From Patescibacteria group bacterium (GTDB lineage Bacteria; Patescibacteriota; Minisyncoccia; Phycocordibacterales; UBA2100), in assembly GCA_024654485.1 (NCBI GenBank), contig JANLHO010000004.1, positions 1 through 39,118 on the forward strand: 39,118 bases of DNA, written 5' to 3'. The position numbers and the translations under genes were made by a program. Of the stretch, positions 28,466-36,242 are shown piece after piece (positions within the stretch are counted from its first letter, which is position 1; each line of letters opens with the position of its first letter). The notes beneath the pieces were generated by a model, which did not search any database, was not told the DNA's origin, and worked only from the letters and a program-made list of their open reading frames with translations.

Positions 28466-29320
28466 CTATTTGGCCTGATGGATGGTGCGCTGGGGGAAAG
28501 GTATCTCTATCCCCTCTTTATCAAAAGCTATCTTGAGCCGCTTGCGAAGCTCGCCCGTCACCGCCCATTGCTGAAGCGGCTTGGTGTCGCCGAGTATTTT
28601 TATCATGACGGCGGAGTCGGCGAAATCATTGACGCGAGAAAATTGCGGCGCCTCTATTATGTGCTCCTTCCATTCCTTGTCTTGCGCAAGCTCATGCCCT
28701 ACGCGGTTGACGCACGCTATGACGCGCTCAAGGTCGGATGAATATGAGACGCCGACGTCCAGATTTATGCGTGCGAATTCTTTGGAGAGATTGGATACTC
28801 TCTGCACGGTGCCGTGCGGTACATGATGCACGGTGCCGTCCAGATCTCGCAAGGTCGCCATGCGTACGGATACGTCCTCCACCAGCCCGCACGTTGAATC
28901 AAGACAGACTACATCGCCCACGCGGTACTGGTTTTCTATTATTATGAAGAATCCGGCCAGCAGGTCGCGGATGAGGTACTGGCCGCCAAATCCTATCGCG
29001 AGTCCGGCAACTCCCGCCGCCGCAAGCAATGGGCCTATATTTATACCCGCCTCCGACAGGACCATGAGGGCCGCGACCAGCCAGATGCCTACGCGCGCGA
29101 TGCCGTGAGCTATTCTTATGAGCGTATCCTCGCGAAGTTTCTCCTCCTCGGGAGTGCCCTTTCGCACAGCCTTGCGTATAAGACGCTCCACGAAGGGGCC
29201 CTCAAGGGCGCGCACAAACACAGCAAAGACGACGATCGCAAGAATAGCTACGCCGTGCACGGCAAGCCACGAGACTATCGCGCTTGTAGCATCGGCGGTA
29301 CTGAAAACAATGTTGTTCAT
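28466..29320 (-). CDS. Small-conductance mechanosensitive channel (MscS family)
   Basis: 3 TM then GFGGQYLIRDLLAGFFIIIENQYRVGDVV...G.VEDVSVRMATLRDLDGTVHHVPHG. Confidence 0.88.
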   Translation of the reverse strand: MNNIVFSTADATSAIVSWLAVHGVAILAIVVFAVFVRALEGPFVERLIRKAVRKGTPEEEKLREDTLIRIAHGIARVGIWLVAALMVLSEAGINIGPLLAAAGVAGLAIGFGGQYLIRDLLAGFFIIIENQYRVGDVVCLDSTCGLVEDVSVRMATLRDLDGTVHHVPHGTVQRVSNLSKEFARINLDVGVSYSSDLERVIACVNRVGHELAQDKEWKEHIIEAPQFSRVNDFADSAVMIKILGDTKPLQQWAVTGELRKRLKIAFDKEGIEIPFPQRTIHQAK

Positions 29321-29355
29321 ATCGTCATACCTTACCCTCTACCTGTCGCAAACGC

Positions 29356-29376
29356 AAAACCCCGCACATTGCGGGG
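29356..29376 (-). terminator. Intrinsic terminator after the 36-aa ORF
   Basis: Minus strand reads CCCCGCA-atg-TGCGGGG followed by TTTTGCGTTTG. Confidence 0.65.
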
Positions 29377-29416
29377 TCTTGCGCGTATCTCGCCGGACAT
29401 TTGCCCGACGTGAGTA

Positions 29417-29527
29417 CTATTGTGCTGGCTGTTCCGGAGCTGCCGGAGCTTCCGGAGCTTCCGGCATCGGTGCCTGCGCCGGGTCCTGTGCAGGAGCGCC
29501 CGCAGGGTTCATTTCGTCGTTCATCAT
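29417..29527 (-). CDS. Possible 36-aa acidic Pro/Ala-rich peptide (or part of a small RNA)
   Basis: MMNDEMNPAGAPAQDPAQAPMPEAPEAPAAPEQPAQ. Contains three tandem 9-bp units (GGAGCT(G/T)CC). Bracketed by a promoter-like element and a terminator. No SD sequence seen. Confidence 0.3.
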   Translation of the reverse strand: MMNDEMNPAGAPAQDPAQAPMPEAPEAPAAPEQPAQ

Positions 29528-29623
29528 ATGTGTTTTGGAGTTCTGATTAGCTTGCAATGAAGCGGCGCCGTAACCTCGACATGCGCACCTCTCATGGAGC
29601 GCGGCTAGACTACCGTAGATGTG

Positions 29624-29632
29624 AGTATACCA
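29624..29632 (-). promoter_or_regulatory. Candidate extended -10 promoter (TGgTATACT)
   Basis: Minus strand reads ttttgTGgTATACTcacatc, about 95 nt upstream of the 36-aa ORF. Confidence 0.4.
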
Positions 29633-29676
29633 CAAAAGGGCTGAAAATGAGACTTATTCCCATGTGTGCGACGATC

Positions 29677-30279
29677 CTATCGTGCGGGCCTCTGGTGCGA
29701 CACGGCGCCGGACTGCCATTCCTCTATCGCTGGTATGGGCGCGACGAAATTGAGCACATTTAGCGTCAGGTTGTCGCGTATCAGGAAGCCCGTGAAAAGC
29801 TCCATCGCGATAGCTATGGCTACGATGTACCTCGCGCGCACGCGCGAGGCGAAGAGAAATCCGACGAGCATCATCAGGGTATCGGAAAGCGAATTTATTA
29901 TACTGTCGCCCGTGTAGCCTTGCGCAAGCGCCTGCTGCCTATATGCATCAATGACCATGGGAGTATTCTCAAACACCTCCCAGCCAGCCTCTATGCCGAG
30001 CGCGAGCAAAAGCCGCGCCCCCAATGGAAGCCGAGGGAAGAGCTTACCCACGAACCAGTAGAAAACAAAACCGTGTATTATGTGCGAGAAGCTGTACCAA
30101 TCCAGAAGCTGCTGCGAATTTTCAGGGCTCAATACCTCTCCCGCCCACAGCGACACATAACCGCAGGCGCACGCAAGGGGTTGCCCGAGCCAATACAAGA
30201 CGGCTCCCTGCACCGCGAAAATGCCGGCGACTGCTGCGACCCAGAGCCATATATTGTTGCGCAGCAAGATTTCAGGCAT
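29677..30279 (-). CDS. DUF2585 / UPF0314-family integral membrane protein
   Basis: CACGYVSLWAGEVLSPENSQQLLDWYSFSHIIHGFVFY...LALGIEAGWEVFENTP.VID.YR...YTGDSIINSLSDT...FTGFLIRDNLTLNV closely matches my recollection of UPF0314 proteins. Confidence 0.72.
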   Translation of the reverse strand: MPEILLRNNIWLWVAAVAGIFAVQGAVLYWLGQPLACACGYVSLWAGEVLSPENSQQLLDWYSFSHIIHGFVFYWFVGKLFPRLPLGARLLLALGIEAGWEVFENTPMVIDAYRQQALAQGYTGDSIINSLSDTLMMLVGFLFASRVRARYIVAIAIAMELFTGFLIRDNLTLNVLNFVAPIPAIEEWQSGAVSHQRPAR

Positions 30280-30301
30280 TACGCACAGTGTATCGCAATC
30301 T

Positions 30302-30595
30302 CTACGAGAGCATCTGCTTGGACTGCTCTTCTATCATCTTCTTTATGCGGCCCTCAAACACTCGCATCATGAGAGGAAGCTTGAGAGTAATATCGTACTG
30401 CGCATCAGACACCGCTACAGAGCCGCTTATGCCTTGGCCCTCTATTGCGCAAGCGAAGTGCAGGGTGTCGCCCTCCCAGCGCTCTTCTTCTATCGTAGCC
30501 TTGTCGGCAAGCTTGGTACGCGCGTCATCAAGCATCTTTTTCACGCGCGCTACCGCCTCATCTTTTGAGAATTTGTGCGGGACCTTGAGCTCCAT
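30302..30595 (-). CDS. Small protein resembling the polyhydroxyalkanoic-acid-system (PHA_gran_rgn) family
   Basis: 97 aa. MELKVPHKFSKDEAVARVKKMLDD...WEGDTLHFACAIEGQGISGSVAVSDAQYDITLKLPLMMRVFEGRIKKMIEE fits that family's pattern as I recall it. Confidence 0.55.
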   Translation of the reverse strand: MELKVPHKFSKDEAVARVKKMLDDARTKLADKATIEEERWEGDTLHFACAIEGQGISGSVAVSDAQYDITLKLPLMMRVFEGRIKKMIEEQSKQMLS

Positions 30596-30597
30596 GC

Positions 30598-30873
30598 TTA
30601 TTTTTTTGTTTCTCCTTTATCTCCTCCGAGCACGTCCTTGGTCTGGATTGGGCTTTGTATCCCGGGGACCCATGTTGCATCTATCTCGCCGAATTTCTTC
30701 TCGTACTCCCCTGTCTGATGCGCCAGATACTGCTGGAGCCGCTTCATGTGCTGAGGCGTGAGGGCATAGGTAATGCCCTGCTCGCCGGTGAGCATTGTCA
30801 TCACGAAATACTCCTGTGAAAAGGCGACGGCGATATTCTCGCAAAATTGCTTGGGTATCTTGTTGGGGTCCAT
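30598..30873 (-). CDS. DUF3467-like small protein
   Basis: 91 aa. FCENIAVAFSQEYFVMTM...LTPQHMKRLQQYLAHQTGEYEKKFGEI fits the DUF3467 pattern. Lies 2 nt upstream of the next gene. Confidence 0.55.
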   Translation of the reverse strand: MDPNKIPKQFCENIAVAFSQEYFVMTMLTGEQGITYALTPQHMKRLQQYLAHQTGEYEKKFGEIDATWVPGIQSPIQTKDVLGGDKGETKK

Positions 30874-31017
30874 AGCCGCCTTATTCTAACAGATGTGCGC
30901 GTTTTGCACATGAACCCCCGCAGGGATGCCGTTGCGCCTTGATTGACGATTGGTGCAGGCGGGAGTACGGTATGAAGTACGGCTCAACCATGAAGCAAGG
31001 ATGAAAGGAGGGAAGCC

Positions 31018-31548
31018 GTGAACAGAGTCAGCACCTTGAAATTTGCTTTCGCATGCGGCATAGCGCTGTGTGCGACCGCCGCATGGGCGGATTCTTCGGT
31101 ACCTGTACCGAGTCTTCGTCCTTCGCCGACAGAGACGCTTCCAATACCGGCTCTCCGGCCGCAGTTCCCGCCGACGCCTCCAGAGGAGATGAGGGCCGGC
31201 ATCATCCGAGGGTTAGTTTGCGGCACAGCGGAGCAGAGCTTGACCGTCCTGGATCTGCTTGCACAATACATGGATATCAATGCCGTGGTGCAGGCCGCAT
31301 CTCGGCTCAGCGCAGTGCCGTGTGAGGACGGGGTGTATGAGTTTGACGAGTGGAAAGTTCGCGGCAAGCCGATATACATGCCGGAGTTCAACGCGGACTT
31401 CGTCGTCGTGCGTGTGCGCATCGTGACAAAAGTCACCACTTTTTATTTCGCCACCCTCGGCTTCTCCGACTCTTTCACGATAAAAACGCCAATGAGCCCA
31501 CCCATATATCGGTTCCTCCTCTACCAACTACCGGGAGACTCAATGTGA
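31018..31548 (+). CDS. Secreted protein, unknown function (the only plus-strand gene)
   Basis: GTG start preceded by AAGGAGGG (31005-31012). Signal peptide LKFAFACGIALCATAAWADS followed by a Pro-rich linker. Convergent with the 31655-32206 gene. Confidence 0.7.
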   Translation: MNRVSTLKFAFACGIALCATAAWADSSVPVPSLRPSPTETLPIPALRPQFPPTPPEEMRAGIIRGLVCGTAEQSLTVLDLLAQYMDINAVVQAASRLSAVPCEDGVYEFDEWKVRGKPIYMPEFNADFVVVRVRIVTKVTTFYFATLGFSDSFTIKTPMSPPIYRFLLYQLPGDSM

Positions 31549-31654
31549 AGTTGTCGGAGGATACACCGTGGAGCGACGACAGAATGGAGCCCGCCATCAA
31601 GGATGATGCCGGGCTCCACTATTTGTGACCAGCGCGTTGACAGATATAAGTCAC

Positions 31655-32206
31655 CTATTTGTCTTTCCTCCACAACTCAAAAACGAAACGATAATCGCCC
31701 TGCCCTATTGACACGGTAGATAGAGTGTCTGGATACACGGCGATGAGCGTTATGGATACCGCTCCCGTAGCGACAGGCTGCCCGAGTATGAATTCCCGCT
31801 CTGCCGTGCCGGAAGCGCTCTGAAGCTCCGCGAGGAGGCGCACTCTCCCCGCCCAGATGCACGTAACGTCCGACGGACAACGGCTGTCTTCCAAAATTTC
31901 CAAAGGGATGACTTTCACGCCCATGGCCGATGCTCCCTGCCCTATGCGCGCCTCTATGCGCTCCGGCGAAAGAGAACCGGACGGTACTTCCCGCCCTCCG
32001 CCGTCCGCAGGCGGACACACGGCGAATTCGCAATTCGGGCGGGTGCGCCCCACGTATGAGCCGTCGGGGCATTGCTTCGCCTCCATCGTGCATGCGCGCA
32101 TCCCCGGCGGCGGACTACCTTCGCGCTGATACGTGCTGAAAAAAGCCAGCGCCAGAAGCGCCGCGATGAGCGCGAAGAGCACCGCTACCATTCTGCCTAT
32201 CGTCAT
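31655..32206 (-). CDS. Membrane-anchored Cys-rich protein, unknown function
   Basis: N-terminal TM, then CTMEAKQCPDGSYVGRTRPNCEFAVCP and a beta-rich C-terminal domain with CPSDVTCIWAG. Confidence 0.6.
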   Translation of the reverse strand: MTIGRMVAVLFALIAALLALAFFSTYQREGSPPPGMRACTMEAKQCPDGSYVGRTRPNCEFAVCPPADGGGREVPSGSLSPERIEARIGQGASAMGVKVIPLEILEDSRCPSDVTCIWAGRVRLLAELQSASGTAEREFILGQPVATGAVSITLIAVYPDTLSTVSIGQGDYRFVFELWRKDK

Positions 32207-32239
32207 GCGACAGAGTATATCAGATTGGCTACGCAGAAC

Positions 32240-33208
32240 TTAGCCACCTACTATGCGTATTTTGTGAAAATTCTTGCCGGAGAGTCCTTCAAGTGAAATC
32301 GGCTCCTCCTCGCAGAGCGTTTTTTCCAATTGCGAAGGCGAGAGGATTGTCTCAATTAATGAGTCCTCTCTTTTTAGCAGTGCCCCTACCCCCACCCAAT
32401 AGCGTACGATGGAAGTTTTGGTCGTACCGACCGCGATGAAGTTGTCCAGATTGAGTGGAGTTGAGAAAACGCCGACGGTATCTGGTTCGCACAGGTATTT
32501 GTTGGTCAGGTGTATGTACGCATCGTGTATGAGCGCATTCTTCTCTCTCCAGAGCGGATCGTCCGTCTGCCCAGGCTTTATTCTCACGTTGAGTTCCATC
32601 TTCCGTAGCTTCGCCTCCGTGAGCTTGGGGTAGCCGCCCTCGTACTCCGCCTGGTCGCGCTTTATTTGTTCGGCCAGCTGCGCCTCAAAATCCCCATCCT
32701 CGTAGTGAGAGCGCATCGGCGTAAGAGAGTAAGTGAGATTTTCCGGCGCATACGGCCGCAGGAACGCAAAAAGCGCGCTGAATACTTCCGCGTATTTATC
32801 CGTATCATTTGCTGGGATGTTGTTGAGTCGCTCCACAATGACCTCGTCGGAGGAAAAGTTCAGATGCACCCCCGGCTTGTGCATAGCGGCCACGGGATTG
32901 AGCCAGCGCGTGAGATACATAAGTGTGAAAAGTTCCGCCCAATCAGGCTCGGGAGCTTCCTCAAAGCGCCAGAGTTTGTACGCGCCGAAGGGCCAGAGGA
33001 ATTTGATGGGCGTCCCCGCGCGCACGTGGCGCTCTATCACGCTACGCATGCGTTTTTGGTGCGACTCGGGTGTCGCGTACTTCCTAAATTTCTTGGACAT
33101 GAGCGCTTTCATGATGGCATCGGTGCGCTCTTCGGCGGCGGGGAGCGGAGCATTCTCCAGAGCGCGCAGCTGTGACAAACGCTCTTCAATGAAAGCCTTA
33201 GGTGTCAT
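32240..33208 (-). CDS. 322-aa protein of unknown function (only a faint motif-level resemblance to DIT1/PvcA-type enzymes, unverified)
   Basis: Start placed at MTPKAFIEERL (ATG 33208-33206), because the 11 upstream codons of the track ORF lie inside the tRNA. Globular with no TM or signal. Confidence 0.65.
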   Translation of the reverse strand: MTPKAFIEERLSQLRALENAPLPAAEERTDAIMKALMSKKFRKYATPESHQKRMRSVIERHVRAGTPIKFLWPFGAYKLWRFEEAPEPDWAELFTLMYLTRWLNPVAAMHKPGVHLNFSSDEVIVERLNNIPANDTDKYAEVFSALFAFLRPYAPENLTYSLTPMRSHYEDGDFEAQLAEQIKRDQAEYEGGYPKLTEAKLRKMELNVRIKPGQTDDPLWREKNALIHDAYIHLTNKYLCEPDTVGVFSTPLNLDNFIAVGTTKTSIVRYWVGVGALLKREDSLIETILSPSQLEKTLCEEEPISLEGLSGKNFHKIRIVGG

Positions 33209-33281
33209 GGAGATGCGGGCAGGAATCGAACCTGCGTACACTGCTTTGCAGACAGCGGCCTGACCACTCGGCTACCGCATC
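33208..33281 (-). tRNA. tRNA-Cys (anticodon GCA), CCA encoded
   Basis: Minus strand reads GATGCGG-TA-GCCGAGTGGTCAGGC-C-GCTGT-CTGCAAA-GCAGT-GTAC-GCAGG-TTCGATT-CCTGC-CCGCATC-T-CCA. 7-bp acceptor stem, T-loop TTCGATT, U33, anticodon GCA, A37, and discriminator U73, a known tRNA-Cys identity element. Confidence 0.93.
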
Positions 33282-33345
33282 AAGCCCAGCTTACCATCGC
33301 GGTAATCTGCTTCAAAGATGAGCGGCCGAGTACTTAGGCGCGGAG

Positions 33346-33492
33346 TTATACTCTCACGTCCGTGATACACATGAGGCAGACCTCCTGCCCCTTCCTCGTT
33401 TTGATGTATTTGTTGCCGCACTCGCAGATCTCTATAGCCGGCTCGTTCGGATTCTCTATCCATTTTCCGTTCTTGAAGAAATTTTTTACCAT
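33346..33492 (-). CDS. Possible 48-aa zinc-ribbon protein
   Basis: MVKNFFKNGKWIENPNEPAIEICECGNKYIKTRKGQEVCLMCITDVRV (CxC...CxxC). Below the track cut-off. Starts 27 nt after the helicase stop. No clear SD sequence. Confidence 0.45.
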   Translation of the reverse strand: MVKNFFKNGKWIENPNEPAIEICECGNKYIKTRKGQEVCLMCITDVRV

Positions 33493-33519
33493 AAGCTGAT
33501 TTGTGGTTAGCCTGCCGAA

Positions 33520-34755
33520 TTACTCAACGAACGTGAGCGCCTTGCCGCGCTTACCCGCACGTCCGGTGCGGCCGATGCGGTGAACGTAGTCTTCGTATGT
33601 GGTCGGGATGTCATAGTTTATGACGTGGGATACGTCGGGGACGTCTATGCCACGCGCCGCGACATCGGTCGCGACGAGTATCTGCACGCGGCTGTCCTTG
33701 AAGAGCGAGAGCGCGCGCTGCCGCCTGTTCTGATTTTTGTTGCCGTGGATGGCTTCCGCCTTGAATCCGCGCTGTATCAGCACTTTGGAGAGCTTTTCCA
33801 CGCCGTGCTTGGTGCGCCCGAAGACCAACACCTTGCTGAATTCCGGTTGCATCAGAAGGTCGTGGAGGACGTCTATCTTGTTCTTCCCCGCCACGACGCG
33901 GACGATGTCTTGCTCCACGCCCTGCGCGGTATCGCCGCGCTTCACGGATATACGCGCAGGCGAGCGGAGGAATTCCCTTACGAGGCTCTCTATCTCGCTG
34001 GAAACGGTCGCGGAGAAAAAGAGCGTATGCCGCTCCTGCGCCATTTTGGAGACGAGGAAGCGCATGTCCGCGATGAATCCCATGTCCAGCATCCTGTCTG
34101 CCTCATCTAGGACGACGGTGCGGAATCTGGAGAGATCCAGCACGCGCCGCTCCATGAGGTCTTTGAGGCGTCCGGGTGTGCCGATGACGAAATGCGGATC
34201 GCGACGGAGCGTCGCTATCTGCTTCCCGATGCTGGCGCCGCCTACGCACGAGACCGCGCCGATTCGCAGATAATCCGCGAATCCCCAAAACTCTTCTTCT
34301 ATCTGCAGCGCGAGCTCACGCGTTGGGACGACCACGAGCACGCGCTCGGCTTTGTTGCGGAGGACTTTGTGTATGAGCGGGATGAGGAAGGCGCCCGTTT
34401 TGCCGGTGCCGGTGTTGGCGATGCCGACGATGTCCTTGCCTTCAAGTATCTGCGGGATGGCGCTGTCTTGTATCGGCGTCGGCGTGTCGTAGCCTTTCTT
34501 GGCGATATTTTTCTTGAGCGACTCGTCAATAGCGAAATCGGCGAATGCGTGCTGCGGCGTGAAAGCTATTATCGCTTCGGCGACCGGCGCTTTATTGATG
34601 AAGCGCGCGATGTCTATGCGAGCGCCCGCATGTGCGCCGCGATTGCTCTTGCGGGGGTAGCGCGAACGCGATGGATAAGGACGGCCGTATGAGCGGCCGC
34701 GTGAAGGGCGTGCGGAGCTACCGCGTGCATGTGTCTGCTTGTAGTAAGCTGTCAT
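33520..34755 (-). CDS. DEAD-box ATP-dependent RNA helicase with a basic N-terminal tail
   Basis: Q-motif (FADF...TPIQ), ANTGTGKTGAF, PTRELA, VLDEADRMLD, SAT and HRIGRTGRAG. Confidence 0.93.
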   Translation of the reverse strand: MTAYYKQTHARGSSARPSRGRSYGRPYPSRSRYPRKSNRGAHAGARIDIARFINKAPVAEAIIAFTPQHAFADFAIDESLKKNIAKKGYDTPTPIQDSAIPQILEGKDIVGIANTGTGKTGAFLIPLIHKVLRNKAERVLVVVPTRELALQIEEEFWGFADYLRIGAVSCVGGASIGKQIATLRRDPHFVIGTPGRLKDLMERRVLDLSRFRTVVLDEADRMLDMGFIADMRFLVSKMAQERHTLFFSATVSSEIESLVREFLRSPARISVKRGDTAQGVEQDIVRVVAGKNKIDVLHDLLMQPEFSKVLVFGRTKHGVEKLSKVLIQRGFKAEAIHGNKNQNRRQRALSLFKDSRVQILVATDVAARGIDVPDVSHVINYDIPTTYEDYVHRIGRTGRAGKRGKALTFVE

Positions 34756-34932
34756 GATTATATGTGCCCGAATGTACGGGCTTTTCCGTCGCCAGCCGCC
34801 GTGTGGCGGGATGGAGAGCGGACTTTAGAATATTGTTGAACTATCTCGAGAGCGTTTCATCCCGGCGTTTTCAGAGGGACAGTCTTGGTATCTCCCAAGA
34901 CAAAAACCAATTGAGAAGGTCAAACGCTTACA

Positions 34933-34961
34933 AGGATAGCAGAAGGAAGGGCGCTTGTCAA
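34933..34961 (-). promoter_or_regulatory. Candidate sigma70-type promoter for the helicase operon
   Basis: Minus strand reads TTGACA - 17 nt - TATCCT. It predicts a ~170-nt 5' leader containing a perfect 7-bp hairpin (34882-34901). Confidence 0.45.
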
Positions 34962-34971
34962 CTTCGGCGTG

Positions 34972-35271
34972 CTACAGGATAAAAAATGCCAGCACGAGAA
35001 AAAGCAGCGTGAGAAGCGCGAAAGCGCCGAGTGTCTGCATGAAGAGCTTAACCGCAAGCTGCTTCTCCCCATCCATGTACAGGATAGCCGGATGGTAGAA
35101 AAATATATAGCCCATTAGCGCCGCCGAGAGTACGAAGAGCGAGAGCATCGCGACGGGCACAAGGGCGCTTTCGCCGGATCCCGCGAGCTTCGGCCCGTAG
35201 TAGAGGAGGGATGCGACGAGCACTATGTACCCGGCGGCCAACACCGCATTCGCCAAAGGATTCTTCGTCAT
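34972..35271 (-). CDS. 3-TM membrane protein, unknown function
   Basis: 99-aa ORF, hydrophobic throughout. Confidence 0.55.
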   Translation of the reverse strand: MTKNPLANAVLAAGYIVLVASLLYYGPKLAGSGESALVPVAMLSLFVLSAALMGYIFFYHPAILYMDGEKQLAVKLFMQTLGAFALLTLLFLVLAFFIL

Positions 35272-35349
35272 ACCGCCTCAGTATATACCGCTCCAACCCT
35301 CAGCCAAGAAGCTTACCCGCGACTGACTTTTCTACCGGTCGCGGGATTA

Positions 35350-35721
35350 TCAGAGGAAAAAGACGAGGTATGCGCCGACTGCGGCTACTGTGACGCCCAT
35401 CAAGCCGAGGGTGGAGCGCGACCACGGCTTGACCATTTTGTGTAATCTCTCCGGAGCGAGTAGGTAGAGCACGCCCTTTATGAGGATTGCCCACCCCATC
35501 ACCTGCACGAATATACCCAGCCAGTCGCCGCTGATGTCGCTCCTAAAGACGATAAGCGCGCCGCCCAAGACGAGAAGCGCGCCGACGACGAAGGTCATCG
35601 CGCGATTCTGGAATAGGTCCCTGAGAAGCAGGCCAAGCGTCTTTCTATGCGTTACGACGAATACGCCGCTGACAAGAAAATATGCCCCCAATACTTTTGC
35701 AATAAGAATCGTTGTGTCCAT
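35350..35721 (-). CDS. 4-TM membrane protein, unknown function
   Basis: 123-aa ORF, hydrophobic. TATAAT-like box about 45 nt upstream on the minus strand. Confidence 0.55.
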   Translation of the reverse strand: MDTTILIAKVLGAYFLVSGVFVVTHRKTLGLLLRDLFQNRAMTFVVGALLVLGGALIVFRSDISGDWLGIFVQVMGWAILIKGVLYLLAPERLHKMVKPWSRSTLGLMGVTVAAVGAYLVFFL

Positions 35722-35832
35722 AAATTAAAATCGCGTAAATTAATAAATCTGTCCAAAGCCCCATAATTATACACCCCTCTGGACGATGGCCTGTGAAAAC
35801 ACCTGAACTACACCGGGCAGTACGAGCTGGTC

Positions 35833-36084
35833 TCAATCCGAGTGACCAAGCCGTATCAATCCCAGCTTCTTTTGTCGCGGCCAGCTTTTGATATCGGCTT
35901 CTCTTTTTAGTGCCGACGACCTGTCGGGACGCCCCTCCGAATACACGATGCGCTTGGCGATATGCGACCTTGTATAGTTGCCGCCCTCTCCCTTTTTGTG
36001 CTGCTCAAATCGGCGCTCCAAGTCATTGGTCACGCCGGTGTAGAGAGACCCGTCGCCGCATTGCAGTATGTAAACAAAATACAT
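35833..36084 (-). CDS. GIY-YIG nuclease-family protein (short, UPF0213/YhbQ-like)
   Basis: MYFVYILQCGDGSLYTGVTNDLERRFEQHK...Y.....R..VYSE.......A.KRE..IK. Confidence 0.85.
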   Translation of the reverse strand: MYFVYILQCGDGSLYTGVTNDLERRFEQHKKGEGGNYTRSHIAKRIVYSEGRPDRSSALKREADIKSWPRQKKLGLIRLGHSD

Positions 36085-36242
36085 ATGTCCATACTACCCC
36101 ACACGCCCGACCACGGGGAAGGCCGAAAAAGGTTCCCGACACCTTTTATTCTTGAGGAAAAGCGAGAGTTGATGCAATCGTTTAAGAGCAAACTCATCTT
36201 GCTCAATAAACGACTGATTCATGAGTAAAAAGGTTGTTCGCG

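Noticed and set aside
29528-29635. Upstream part of the 72-aa ORF 29417-29635
   Set aside because: It would run through the candidate promoter and is not protein-like (MWYTHIYGSLAALHERCACRGYG...). Only the distal 36 codons are retained, and those at low confidence.
30979-30988. The 10-mer CGGCTCAACC is shared with the terminal palindrome region (39096-39105)
   Set aside because: A single shared 10-mer is expected by chance in a window of this size.
33209-33241. First 11 codons of track ORF 32240-33241 (MYAGSIPARIS)
   Set aside because: These codons are the T-arm and acceptor 3' strand of tRNA-Cys read in a protein frame.
33272-33463. 63-aa minus-strand ORF from the track
   Set aside because: It overlaps the 5' end of the well-supported tRNA-Cys and has a non-descript translation. 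The alternative frame gives a 48-aa CxC...CxxC zinc-ribbon ORF that ends before the tRNA.
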